Shown: positions 37,639 to 50,212 of the stretch, piece by piece
How the letters are laid out: each line of letters starts with the position of its first letter
How positions within the stretch are numbered: position 1 is the stretch's first letter
Assembly: GCF_002105155.1 (NCBI RefSeq)
Contig: NW_019028981.1
Location: 1,674,001-1,732,855, forward strand
DNA from: Lobosporangium transversale
Taxonomy: Eukaryota
Length of the DNA: 58,855 bases
Reading direction: 5' to 3'
Notes under the pieces: generated by a model
What the model saw: only the letters and a program-made list of their open reading frames with translations
The model's database searches: none
Told to the model about the DNA's origin: nothing
Program-made: the position numbers and the translations under genes

Positions 37639-40600
37639 ATGTCTGATCCATCTCCACCTCCATCAACAGCGCCGCCTGTTCAGCGCACACGCGCCAGCTC
37701 TTATCACTCTGTACCCTTGTCCTACCAATCAACTAACCCATCTTCATCTTTCATCAACTCCATCTCATTGCTTGACCCTTCCACAAATGGCTCTCGAAGC
37801 ATCTCCGCCTCTCCGCAGAGGTGCTCCATGCCACTCCTACCTGCGCTCTCAACATCTATCCGTGCATCCTCATCCGCTTTAAACATGAAGCCAGCATCAC
37901 TTTCAGGAGCATCATTGTCAGCAGGAAGGAACTCTGTAGATATCAACTCACATGGTAGTCGCACAACTACCTCCGTAAAGTTCAATAGCTCAGAAATTGA
38001 GCGAAGTTTTCAGGCTTTGCTAAAGAAGCAACCTATTGCGGCTCCAGGGCCCTCATTACTGCACGGTAAAGGCCATCGACAGTCGTCTCAACACTCTGAA
38101 TCTCGTCTTGGCTCGAAACACCATGATAGGTTGTCTAGTAATAACGGCAGTAGCAACTTCGGCAGCAGTTTGTCACATTCTCCTGTGTTTGGATCACCAG
38201 CGTCTGAGCACGCCAAGAACTGGATCAAGACTGTGGGTCTGGATCAGCCTAGTGAATCGGATAGCGACCAGCGCGAGAGTGACGCTGACAACTGCGAAGA
38301 TAGTGAGCAACTTCGGTGGCAAACTGACCATGATGATGATACGGCAAATCAGGTCGAGCTTGAAACAGAAACAGAGGTTGCAAGGTTACCAATAAGTACA
38401 CGGCTATCCTTCAGCTCCAAAAAAGGATATCCTATGTTCAGTGAAACTGGTAGGACATTGTGAACTGTGCAATCGTGTCTACTATCTGCTTTATTATTAG
38501 ACTATCCAACTAATGAGCTTATTCTGTTCATCAGCTACATATCAGTCACCTGTTCGTGCCAAAGACCAGTCCGCTATACACCCACTTTCACCTATACCGC
38601 CTTCACCCCGTTCAGAAACATCTACACCAAAGCCGTCTCAATTAATGTCACCAAAAATGCGGCCTAGTGTGTTTGATTCTGGATCGATACCTCCAATAAC
38701 CTCTAAGACCGTCAACCAGCCTCTTCCGCCTCCTCCTGAACCCACCACAGCATTGCCTGACAGACCTCGTGCACGAACAAAGGTCACTCCTCATGTTCAG
38801 CCCCCAAAAAAGTCTTTCAAAAATAGTCCTTTGCCTCCGAAACCCGTATCTGTTACGGAAAGACAGCCTGTGTCCTTAAGCAATCCACCGCGCAAATGTA
38901 TACATCATGGCAAGATTTTGCAGGTTATCAACACATCAACAGTCAAGGATCGATACCTCTTCTTGTTTAGCGATATTCTATTGATTACCAAGCATATGTC
39001 AGAGGGTCACCCTACAATTGATAGTCGTTTTCAAGTTAAAGAAGTCATTGAATTGAAGAAGATTAGCCTCAGTCTCACTCGTGACAAATACGACTCCAAG
39101 AATGGGGAAGCTGGCCCTCATGGCAATCGCAAGATCCCTCCTATCCTTGCAGAGTTCATCCATACTTTTGATCAGGACCCAAATCGTGCCATTAAGAGCT
39201 TTATTCAAAAACGTGCTCTACATTCTGACCATATTTCTGTGGCACATCTCCTGTTTAAGACACCAGAGCTATCAAAGAGTCAGCTGGCTCTTTTCCTTTC
39301 TGATCCAGCGAATAAGCATGTCTACCGAGCGTTTCTGGATCAATGTCAATTTGCAGGAGTCTTGCTGGACGAGGCTCTTAGGACACTGCTAAGCCGGCTT
39401 AGCCTCCCAGACAGGGTGAGTGTGCCTCGTAGTGGAGGCTCTACGGATCGCTCTAATAGATGTGTGGGTTATTTGCTGGAGGAATTTACTAAACGCTGGT
39501 ATGAAGCGAACATCAACGTGGTTGTGTTTGATGCTTCGATTGCCCATAAGCTCGTCATTGCCATGATCGTACTCAATGCTCAGCTCCACAACAACGAAGG
39601 CGCTAGTCTCGTAAAAGATAGAGATGAGGTTGGAATACTTGTTCGACCTCGGGCAGATTCTCATCCTTCTACACCTACAGTAAATTCAACGCCAACAATG
39701 GACTCAAGTCTTGTTTCAACATCGCGAATAACGCAGAAATGCCAGTTAATGGACTTGGATGATCTTACGGTTTTTCCGAAGCCAACAAAAGATTCTTTTG
39801 TTGAGAACTTCCAGCTGCTAGACCAACAACGAATCGTCCCTCGGGACACCCTTCACAACATCTTTCTATCTATCAGCCATCAGCCTCTGGACATCGATTC
39901 TGAAAAATTGGATGATCATCCGGGGAACTCAAGCTCGATACCGTCGAGCTCGCGAAAGCTCTGGCCTATTATGATGTCACCTGTTGTCTTACCGCCAAGG
40001 TTGACACTCAAAGTTCCATCAGACTCTATTACTATTACCATACCGGTGTTAAACCCACATTTTTCAATTCATTTGGGAGGGAGAGACTTGAAATGTGAGC
40101 CCTCAATTCTCGAATTTGGGTCACATCGTAGTCAACAGTTTAGGATTATAGGTTCGGTGCCCGGGAAAAAAACCTTGACCATTCAACCAAAGATCACAGC
40201 GGAGAAAGGGACACCTGAACAGTACTATGACTTACATAATCTGCCGTCCAAGCATGTGATCGCAATTGAGCGTCAATTTATGCGACATACCTTCCAGATC
40301 TCATTGCTAAATGATCTAGGAACAAGACGACGTTACCTATTTGGAGCTTCTACGGGCGTTGAAAAAGACGAGTGGGCGAGAGCCTTGACAGAATGTCTGC
40401 TCCTCGTAAAAGGGCAAAACGCAGTACGATTGAATGAGCACACAGGGTTGGAGCAATCAATTGGGCTACAGATTTTAAGAGAACAACTGCTAGGCGTTGA
40501 GGTCCCTGAGGATGGTGACGTGGTACCAGTACCATCCAATGTACAATCCGGCCCACCACAAATGCCTGTAGCGGTCGTGCCACCGCAGACCATGGGCTTG

Positions 40601-41233
40601 GGAATCCCATTGGATGGTCATACTCTGCCAGTGACGTCTCCTCGGTCGGGTGGATCGAATACAGCAACAGTGACTATTAATGCAGGAACTTCCAGTCCCT
40701 CCCTCGGCGCGGGCATGAGTACAGACTGGGCAGGTGTACACAGCAACAGTATTTCTAATTCACCAAACGACACTTGGATGTGTAAGATGCCAAAGCCAGG
40801 ATCTGTCATCCCAGACAGATATGGCTGGGAGCTTGTCCATCTTGTGGAGCAAAATAGTTTAATGGCTCTTGTACTTGGATTTATGGGCGCATTAGGGCGC
40901 GATCGGCTTCGGCGTATAGAGGAGCTACGTAAGAAGATGGAAAAAGAAGAGGAAGAAGAGTGGGAGGAGGAGATAGTGGAGGTGGAAGATGATGAAGAAG
41001 AAGAAGAAGAAGAAGATCAGATACAAAGGGAAGAACAAGAAGGACAAGAAATAGATGAACGAGACATGGAAGAGGGTGAAAGATACGTCCCATCGTCTTC
41101 TATTAGTCATTATGAAAATTCTAACCAGAGAGCGACTACTGCCTCTATGGACGAAGATCTTGAAGACGGTGTTATCTCTGAAGCATTAGGGGATATGAGC
41201 AGTTTTAAAGGCGAGGGGATTTGGACTCAGTAA
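37639..41233 (+). CDS. Split-PH / Sec7-like domain protein with acidic tail (2 exons)
   Basis: Exons 37639-38449 and 38535-41233 join in frame. PH N-half KDRYLFLFSDILLITK; Sec7 helices LFKTPELSKSQLALFL and FAGVLLDEALRTLL; PH C-half RRYLFGASTGVEKDEWARAL. Confidence 0.8.
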
Positions 41234-41335
41234 TTAGTTTACATCCTACGTCAAGCATACTTATACAAGTTTTGCACATTATGATTGTATTTTGGTAGCC
41301 TAATAAAAAGTTTAATCCAGTAAACTATAACTCAT

Positions 41336-41815
41336 TTAACGGTCCTCAGCCCATTCATTCTCCTTCTTAATCTGTGCTTCTTCCTCAGGCGTAAAATCGT
41401 TAACGATGTTGAAGGCCTTCCGGATTTGCTCGGGAGTTTTGCCTTTAATGATGTTAGCAACGGTTTTGCAACCAACATCAAGCAATGGCTTAATATCCAA
41501 GTAATTGGCAGCCAAAATTATCTCGAACAACATCTCCTGATCGACTTGCATAAACTTCATGTCCCACTCTTCGATATCGTTTGAACGCTTGCGGGGGTCG
41601 TCTGTCTCATCTGAAACTTGAATAGGATCGTTACGATGATGCTCGCAGTACTCGATGACTTTAGTTAACACTGCAGCCGTGACGTTAGGGAGAGGGATGG
41701 GTGCGTCGGACTCCCCGACATCCTCAAGCATGTTCTTGATCAAGATCGAACGTTCGGCCACCTCCTTGTCGATTTTGAACTCCTGGCCGTCAGAGGAAAC
41801 GAGAATCACAGACAT
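41336..41815 (-). CDS. SKP1: SCF adaptor Skp1, intronless, 159 aa
   Basis: [67 protein letters not shown]. Confidence 0.97.
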   Translation of the reverse strand: MSVILVSSDGQEFKIDKEVAERSILIKNMLEDVGESDAPIPLPNVTAAVLTKVIEYCEHHRNDPIQVSDETDDPRKRSNDIEEWDMKFMQVDQEMLFEIILAANYLDIKPLLDVGCKTVANIIKGKTPEQIRKAFNIVNDFTPEEEAQIKKENEWAEDR

Positions 41816-42027
41816 GATGGCAATTTTAAATATTTTGAAGAAAGAGATGAATATGCAATTTTTTATTTCGTGTGGCCACATGTCCAAAAAAAAAAAAAAA
41901 AAAAAAAAACACAGCCACATTTTATCTAAATCCGCCTTGTACAGCACCAAAAACTGTTCAGGTCATGTGTCACGTCTACAGAACAAAAAGTGATGGCCAG
42001 TGCATGGCATGGCACTTATTACGACCT

Positions 42028-42059
<32 letters not shown>

Positions 42060-42199
42060 TTCCTGACCTCAATGCTTTATACAGGCGCTGATAGCGACCT
42101 GTCTTCCTACTCTACCTACAGCCGCTGCTGTTTCCTTCATTTAGCAGGTGCTTGCGCGGCGGTGGCGGGGACCAAAGAAGGATCCAGAAGAAGTGCCAG

Positions 42200-44340
42200 G
42201 AGAATAGTCAGTGGGGAAGCTGAGGATGCATTGACAGGCATGTACTTTGTGACGTGTGTCAGTAGCGGAAGGTGGCTATCGAGGATGTAGGCCATGCTCT
42301 CGCTACCCATTGTATCGGTCCATGTAAATGCCCCACTCACCACAATACTTGCTATGGTTCTTCAGGTTTCTGAGGACGCCGTTGCAGCTAAGGCATGGGC
42401 ACTTGGCATTGGTGAAGTATTCATGTATGTCCACGAGCGTATGTCCCAATCTCCCTTGCCTATTAAGCATATCCAGAAGGATTAAGGTTAGAGTAGTTCC
42501 GGAGGCGGCCGTATACCTTGATAAAGTTGACTCAATTTCTTATAGAAACGGCACAACAATTTGACATGCTTGTTATCTGCCCCCGTGAACTGAGCCTGGC
42601 CGATTCCGAAGACGCTATGCTTTTCGATCTTCTTGGCTACACCTTCTGTACCTCCTGTCATGTCCGCTATAACCGCCACATAGCCGTATGAATAAAAATA
42701 GAAATGCCTCTGAGGTGCACTCCCAAGTCTCGGTACGTAACAGCCACGGTCCAAGAGGGCATGGTTACTGTAGGGAGTCAGAATAGAGCTGCTCCTTATT
42801 GTTCTGGATAATGAAAAATTCAATATCAGACATATCCTCATCGAGCTTCTCTGCTTCAAGCTTTTTGTTCGGACGATGGAGGGCATACAGAGTATCAGTA
42901 TTGATGCGTTACGATCCTCCTGATGGATTATCTTTGCCAACCGTGGGCTGTGCGATAGCAGGAGATCTACTCGATGAAGACGGCTTTTTAGAGATGATTG
43001 GCTATGACTGGAGTGGAGAGCGAAACCTTGATCTGGAGACGTCATACTACGTTCTGGGTGAAGGTAGACTTGTTTCTACCAAAGCGTAGATGGAAAAAAA
43101 AAAAAAAAAAAAAAGTTGATGCGGATGGGTTTTATTTTAGCCGTTTGAAGGATATTTGTGCTCGAATGATACGACGTCTACTGCAGGATTTTGTGGCCTC
43201 TCTCCGTATGGTCTTCTGCAACTGGTGTTTCATGCACGCGTGCGAGGGGTGACTGTTGCCTTCGGTGAGAATCTATGAATTGGTGCATCTACAAAGCGTA
43301 TTTGGATATCTGGCGGATCAAGCAGTTTCGAGATGGCCGAAGCCTATTTGTCACAAAATATCCTGATTTTCTGTTCGAATTGCTTAGAATTCCATCGAGC
43401 CCTATGCACTTCTCAGTGACCTTGCAGTACGCAGTTACTCTTTCTTGCATGATGTCATTAGACTCCATCTCCTTATTGCCTTTGATGATCATTGAGATGT
43501 TTTCTGGTAAGAGCTAAGTCAAGGAGATCAAAGTTGTTTTTATTATTGTTGCCAGGGCAGGAGCCTTTTATTGAGGTCCCGCCATGACCGTCACCCAATG
43601 TTCTGGTCTTATGAATAAAAATGGAAGTAGCCCTGAGGTGCACTCCTAAGTCTCGGTACGTAATAATCATTGCATTGGTCTTGATGTCTAATCTGGTGCG
43701 TTTGTTCCGACGTTATTTTGGCACACAGGCTAGGGTTACGAGCTGGCTTGGTGACGAAAACCCGAACACAGACATCACATCGCCGATGTTGTAGGGCCTA
43801 AAGTTTCGCAGATTGGGAAGAATAAGAAGCACCGGTCGCAGGTTCCTAAAAGCAAACATGCCGAACCATTGGCGCAGACTATACGGCGAACGACATGGTC
43901 AGGGGCATCTGGTGGGGCGGCGCCCAGAGCGTGAGCAATGGAAGGCCTGCCTCAGATGGGCGAATTCCGAATACAAGCCATGGTCCGGGATTCAATAAAT
44001 CAAAGCAGTATTCGATTAATCAAGCAGCATCTGAATGTTTCAATCAGTGTCCAAAGATGCCCATTTTAAGCGCAAGGTGGTCTACTGGGGGTTGTTTAAA
44101 TCCCAATCTACAAATATGCTGCATATTCATACCATCCTATCGCTCATGTGCGATACTGGTGCGGCTGGTCAACCCATGGCGCTGACCAACAAACACCAAT
44201 TACGCTTTGAGGTTGGGGCAATCTATGTTCGGTGCATGCTACTGCCCCATTAATACAGACTGATCAGCCGTGTCCGCCCGACATCACAAGCCGCCTGGCT
44301 TGGTCGTTGTTTTTTTAAAAACGCGATTAATTTCCGAAAA
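42200..44340 (-). mobile_element. Decayed PIN(XPG/FEN1-like)-TnpB/Fanzor-like element, copy 2
   Basis: Minus-strand fragments: LIAFLKKQ, PSEAG(L)IA (EAD position), RRIVCANGS-MFAF (DSD position), QLVTLACV...DIKTN (H3TH-like), DMTGGTEG...VFGIGQAQF, GHTLVDIHEYFTNAKCPCLSC...KYCGEWGIYMDRYN, GSESMAYIL. Confidence 0.78.
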
Positions 44341-45735
44341 GGCCTGTATGGCAGAGATGCAAAACCTATCATCCTTGTTGATCTATAGCTATCCTTGATA
44401 AATGCAAGGTAGAGGTGGGTTAATCGGATGGCCAAAATGCAGGCTTTCTTTCCTACCGTATGTAGTAGCAGAGCATGGCTACGATGACAGACTCAATTAT
44501 GTGTGTGTGAGAAAGAGCTACAAAGATGATATCTGTGCAAAGTAGGCGGGAGTGAGAGCGCTAAAAGGCAATAGAGGCATGGAACGATGGAGGAGAAGAG
44601 GGAGAGAAAAACAATAAAGAGATATAAAGAAAAGAACGCGACTACACAGCCATAGAGTGGAAAATGCATATTCAAGCACAGCACATATGGGTTTTTTATA
44701 TGCATACACTTAAAAAAAGCACCGGCCATAATTACTCTTCATCACTCCTCGCGAAAAAAGAAAAATGGTACACTGGCCTCCGCCAGTGCAACGAGTAAGG
44801 TTTTTGCTACACCAAACCAACTTGCCAATCAAATATTACATCTGCATCTTTCAGTCGATGCTGTGCTCTATGGCCACAAAGGCGTCTTTTTTTCACCTTC
44901 ATTGTCATTTGTTTAACTATCAATTCATCATACAAAATTAATATTAAAGGAATAATGACAGCAGGGTATACAAATGATCCTTCTTATCAGATTGAGGACG
45001 AGGATAAGGATGAGAATGAGTACCAAGAGGAGCGCAGTAGTAGATTTAGCCATATAGAGGGCACAATTCATTGAAATATACCAAGAGCATAGTAAGCAAC
45101 GAGAACCAAGGTAAGGTCTTTATTGTAATCCATAGATCCTCGTTAAATAAAAGTTTATGTTGAGACGACTGCTAATGCAACATTACTCCCTCCCCAGACG
45201 AGTGTTCGGATAAGAGCAGGCTTTAATAAGGCTGTTAAGTTGAAAAAACATAGTTCTTTTTTGAAGGATCTGATGGTATTTGGGCTATGTCAGCTTCTAT
45301 TTATTCAGGTAATTTGAAGAATTTGAAGATATTTAACAGGCTTTGTTCATTTTCAAGTAGAAACTAGATAGTAGCCTCAATGACCTGTTGCTAAACATCC
45401 TAAGTATGGATAGTTTTCCAAGCCACGCATAACGCATTAGAGATTTGTGACAAAAATATTAATGTCGTGTCCAGGAGCACGGACGATTCGATGCAGTGCG
45501 CTGGATGGCTTCATTTTTACTTGAGAAGCTTTCAAGGAAATAATTTTTTTTACATGCAAACCGCATATGTCGCGAACATCCAAACTGATTTACCACGTGA
45601 GAGTCGTCTTGGCATAAGACTTTGCGACTTGACATGACCTTCTCTACACATGAATTCATTACTCTCTCTCACAAGTATATACTAACTACCCTCTCTTCTT
45701 CCCCTTGTATATTTTCTTGTCCAATTCAATACAGG

Positions 45736-48700
45736 ATGGCATCTTCCATGAGTAACCTTCTCGCTATTGATTTTAAACGGACAGAGCCACTCTCAATGAC
45801 AAAGAGTCTTAGCGACTATATCTCCACATCCTATGCGGAGCATCCAGATATCTACCAGGATGACTTTCGTGTCCTTGATGAGCTTAGAGCTGATATCGTC
45901 AACCTTGAGCCTCACCTTAATGCTCTCAACCGCCTGTTAAAGTGGGTCTTATGCTGCTCGATTCATCTACATCTTTAATTATAATCAACAACAGCTTAGC
46001 ATTGACGCTATTTTTGCTTTACTATGTCGCAATAGGTACCATGCACAGCTTGTGTTTATCAGTTCCAAATTTCCTATTGATGTGAGTTATAAACTATTAA
46101 TCCTCTTGATGAGTGGCCACATTTTCAATTATAGGTCAATTGACCTGCTTATCAATAAATTATCGTGATGTTTTTAGACAGGTGTTGAATTCTCCTGGGC
46201 ACTCGTCAACAGTACCGACAAAAAGATGTGTAAGGAGAAGCCGGTTCTTTACAAAAAAGTAAATGTATTGCGTTCAGTAGACGATACAAAGTAGTGCCTA
46301 GAATCTTACAGTTCTTGTCCAATGCACCTATCTGGAATTACAGACTCCTTCAGAAACATGTATTACGAACGAGCATGCATTTGCTTCAACATCGGGGCTA
46401 TGTATAGTCAGCTCGGCAACAATGAGAATAGAAGCACAGTCGAAGGACTAAAGCGTGCTTGTTCCTATTTCCAAGTACGATACGGGGTTCCCGTCGAGAA
46501 ATTTCGAGCGTTACTATCTGTTGATCTTCCTGTCAATACAACGATAACGTATTTATTTTTTTATTTTTTATTTTTATTCTTTTTTAGAATTCCGCAGGAA
46601 CATTTCAACATTTACGGGATACGATTATTCCAGAACTGAGGATTGCTCCAACTGTCGATATCTCCACAGCCTCCCTGACAGTTTATATCCAACTTATGCT
46701 TGCACAGGCACAAGAATGTTTCTGGCAGAAAGGCGCATTAGGTAAAACCTTTGGTCCAGTTGATGTTCTTCTAGTTGACCGCCAATCACCGGCCCATTAA
46801 ACTGTGGAGGCCTTTGCTACAACTTATATATATGTTTCATGAAGAATAGATCAGATTAAGGATGGGCTAATCGCTAAACTAGCAGCCAAAGTTGCTGATT
46901 ACTATACAGCAGCAAACGAAGGGGCAACCCATTCAAGTGTTTCCTCCCTATTCACTACACCATGGACAAGCCAAATGCAGGCCAAGGCTTTTCATTTTAA
47001 CGCTGTATCTCAGTACAGAAAGTCATGCGAATGCATATCTCAAAATAAATATGGCGAGGAAATTGCGCGACTTCAGATTGCTGAACGGCTTGTTAGCTCA
47101 GGACTCGATCTACAGAGGAACCTCAGGGAAACGGTCGTAAGCGATCTACGTTCGTTGCAATCCGCCATTCATCGTAACCTCTCGAGGGCAGAGAAAGATA
47201 ATGACATCATTTATTTGGAACCTATTCCTGCAGAGACCGCACTGGCGTCAATTGGGCGTGTGGATATGAGCAAGGCAACTATCATTCCAGAAATATCAAA
47301 CCCTGTTCCACTAATGAATGAGCATAATATATTGTTGGGTGTCCCATTGTTCTCGAGACTGGTTCCGTTTGCAGTCCATCAAGCAGCGAGTGTTTATACA
47401 GAGCGCAAGGAGAGGCTCGTGAAAGAAGACATTGGAGGAAAGTTTGATGAATTGACAGGTATTTTTTATAGGTATGTGAAGCGAAGATGCTAGACCTAGT
47501 CCTCATATTTGACAAGTTGGAGCAAAAGATAGATCTAATTGGTATATTCATTACTCAATTTTAGTCAAATGCAAGCGCTAAATCTGCCCGGAGCTCTTCA
47601 AGCACTTGAGCAGCCCATCGGATTGCCGCCCTCTCTTCTGTCCCATATTGATGAAATACATGCTGAAGGGGGTACCCGAACGCTAAATGAAATGGTTCAG
47701 ACTGTTCGGACTCTTTCACATCAAAATGCAGCCATATTAGATGAAATCTTTGGAGCATTACAGCAAGAAGCTGATGAAGACGAAGCAATGAGGCGAAAGT
47801 TCCAAGGACGTTGGAACCGCCCTACATCAGCGTCTCTGACAGTTAACCTCGTGGAACAGGGGAAGAGGTACAGAGACACCCTTGAAACTGCTAAAAAAAG
47901 CGATCAGATTGTTAGAAATAAAATGGAGGCGCTAATGACAACATGGGGGCGCTCATTGGAGCTGCTCGGCAGTGGTAGGGTGAGTATGCTTTTTTCCCGA
48001 CGTTTTCATTGTGAGCCAATCATCTGATTTATATTCACTTACACTTGCTATGGTTGCTGATGCATCACAATAGGTTGAAGTGGAACGCGCTGTGCCTAAT
48101 ACAATTAATGCGCCGGGCTCTTCAGATCCCGAAATTGTATACGACTTGAAGATGTTGTTAGAAGAGGCTGATCAGATGATCAAGGCGCGAAGGATTAAAT
48201 TAGATGAGGTCAAGAGGATTGCGGATGAGGACGATATAGGCCCATCTTTAGTGGCTATTACTAATAAGTTAACAGCCAACTCATCTGCAGTCAAAATTGA
48301 ACCTGCTCATTTTGAAGCGCATTTTCAGGAGCAACTCAAAAAGTACGACGGATATAAGGCGCTAGTTAAAGAGGAAACAGCTGCACAAGAGGATCTTTTG
48401 ATGGCTATCCAGGTATTAAACAATTGGCTATACATCATCGACAATCTCCAGAGATGGCGCTTTATTATATCTACTTATATCACATCTTTATTTTATTTTT
48501 ATTCTTATTTTTATTTTTATTTTGAATCATTAGGAAATAAATAAGGCTTTTGTCGCATCCAGAAAAAGTAGCCCAGTTGTACATCAACGAGAGAAAGCTC
48601 TTCAAAATCTGGAAGCAGCATATCAAAAGTATAAGGCAATACTGCTGAACCTCAAGGAAGGAATGCAGGTATTGATAATCATTATGTTGTATAGTATGTT

Positions 48701-49452
48701 CTCTCTACAAATTAATCTGCACTCAGTAATCAAGCTAAATTTCATTCCGTTGGCTATAGTTCCATCGCGATTTTGAAAAGATTTTAGTACGCCTGCGCGA
48801 TAACTGCCGCGATTATCTTCTCGCCCGCGAGATGGAAGCCAAAGATTATTTGAGGTAAACAAGAGCTTCTATTTTACACAAACGGTAACTTCAATCAAAG
48901 TAGGAGCAAGGTTTTTTTCGTTGTCCTGAATTGCCATTTCCTGTCAATGATAGTGAGGTGACCGCTGGAATATCATCCATCAATTTAAATCGCTCACAGC
49001 CGCAAAGCCCTGTGCACGGTTCTCCTTATGATGTAGCCAGCGCGCCTCCTCAATCCTATGATTTTCAACCTGGGTCCGGGAAGTGGAGTCCAAGTCTTGG
49101 TGTACATTTTGGTGGTCAAGCACCCACTTTACCCCCGGAAGTAACGCAGGGGCAAATCGGGTCGTTTAGTCATAACAGCGCTACATTCAGTCCCTATGAA
49201 GATGCACCGGTGGGTCCGCCATCTCAACCGCAGCCAAATTTTGCACAACATCTTCGGCAACAGTTTCAGCAAAAGCAGCCATCTTCCTTTCAAGGTACAT
49301 CATCACCACAACAACGGCAACAACAGCAGCAACAGCAACAGCAACAAGCTCCGCCGTCTTATCAATCCTTGCCCGGAAATAACAATGCTCCTACACCAGG
49401 CGTATGGGACCCTAGTAAAGGCTTGTTTTTCGGAGGAAAGCCCAAGAATTAA
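45736..49452 (+). CDS. RIM20: BRO1/V-domain protein Rim20/PalA (ALIX family)
   Basis: [11 protein letters not shown]...[73 protein letters not shown]; Pro/Gln-rich tail ending [12 protein letters not shown]. Confidence 0.9.
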
Positions 49453-49512
49453 AGTCAACATATAAATAAAAATAAAATAAAGAAAACCCCTCAATGTTTT
49501 TAATAGAAACCA

Positions 49513-50180
49513 TTACTCGTCGCTCAATATTTGTTGTCTAAGCCATGTGGTTTCTTCGACCACCCAGTCGTTGTTACTATGTGGTCCCTCTATAGCACTA
49601 ACTTCTTGAAATCCTTGATTTATCTTGAGGCTGGCCATTGAGTTGAGGTATTTGCCTGTATTAACATGCTGCAGCCAAAATACATCTTTCCATTGCAGAA
49701 AAGGCGAGAGTGGTTTCTTGATATCGGGCTCTGGTCGAGTGACGATCCAATCATTGTTACTGTCGTGGTATCGGTATCCAGTAACCTCGTTATGATCTTG
49801 GTGATTAAGAGATCGATGATTGTGCGAATGGAGATAGAGTGTAGTCGAAGGTGTAGTCTTGTAGATCATGGTATGATACTGGCAAAGCGATGGGGGATCG
49901 ATAAATTTCATTTTGTCTGCCTCGTCGATATCGTCAGGAGCAGTGATCTGAACAGAAGGCATACCATACGACACTTCAGATAATGCCAGACGAGATAGTG
50001 AATGTGAGCCACATGCGCATGGGTATGACATATCTTGCTCTATCTTGATCCATTTGACATTATGATCTAAATGATCTGAAGCTTGACGACATCTTAAGCA
50101 AAGATATGGTGGGGCCATACCATCTTGTGGAGGGTAGCAATCACTAATAGAAACAACATGGGAACAAAAGAGGGATAAGT

Positions 50181-50212
<32 letters not shown>

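Noticed and set aside
41816..41950. N-terminal extension of SKP1
   Set aside because: Crosses a homopolymer (FFFFFFF); Skp1 homology starts at MSVIL (41815).
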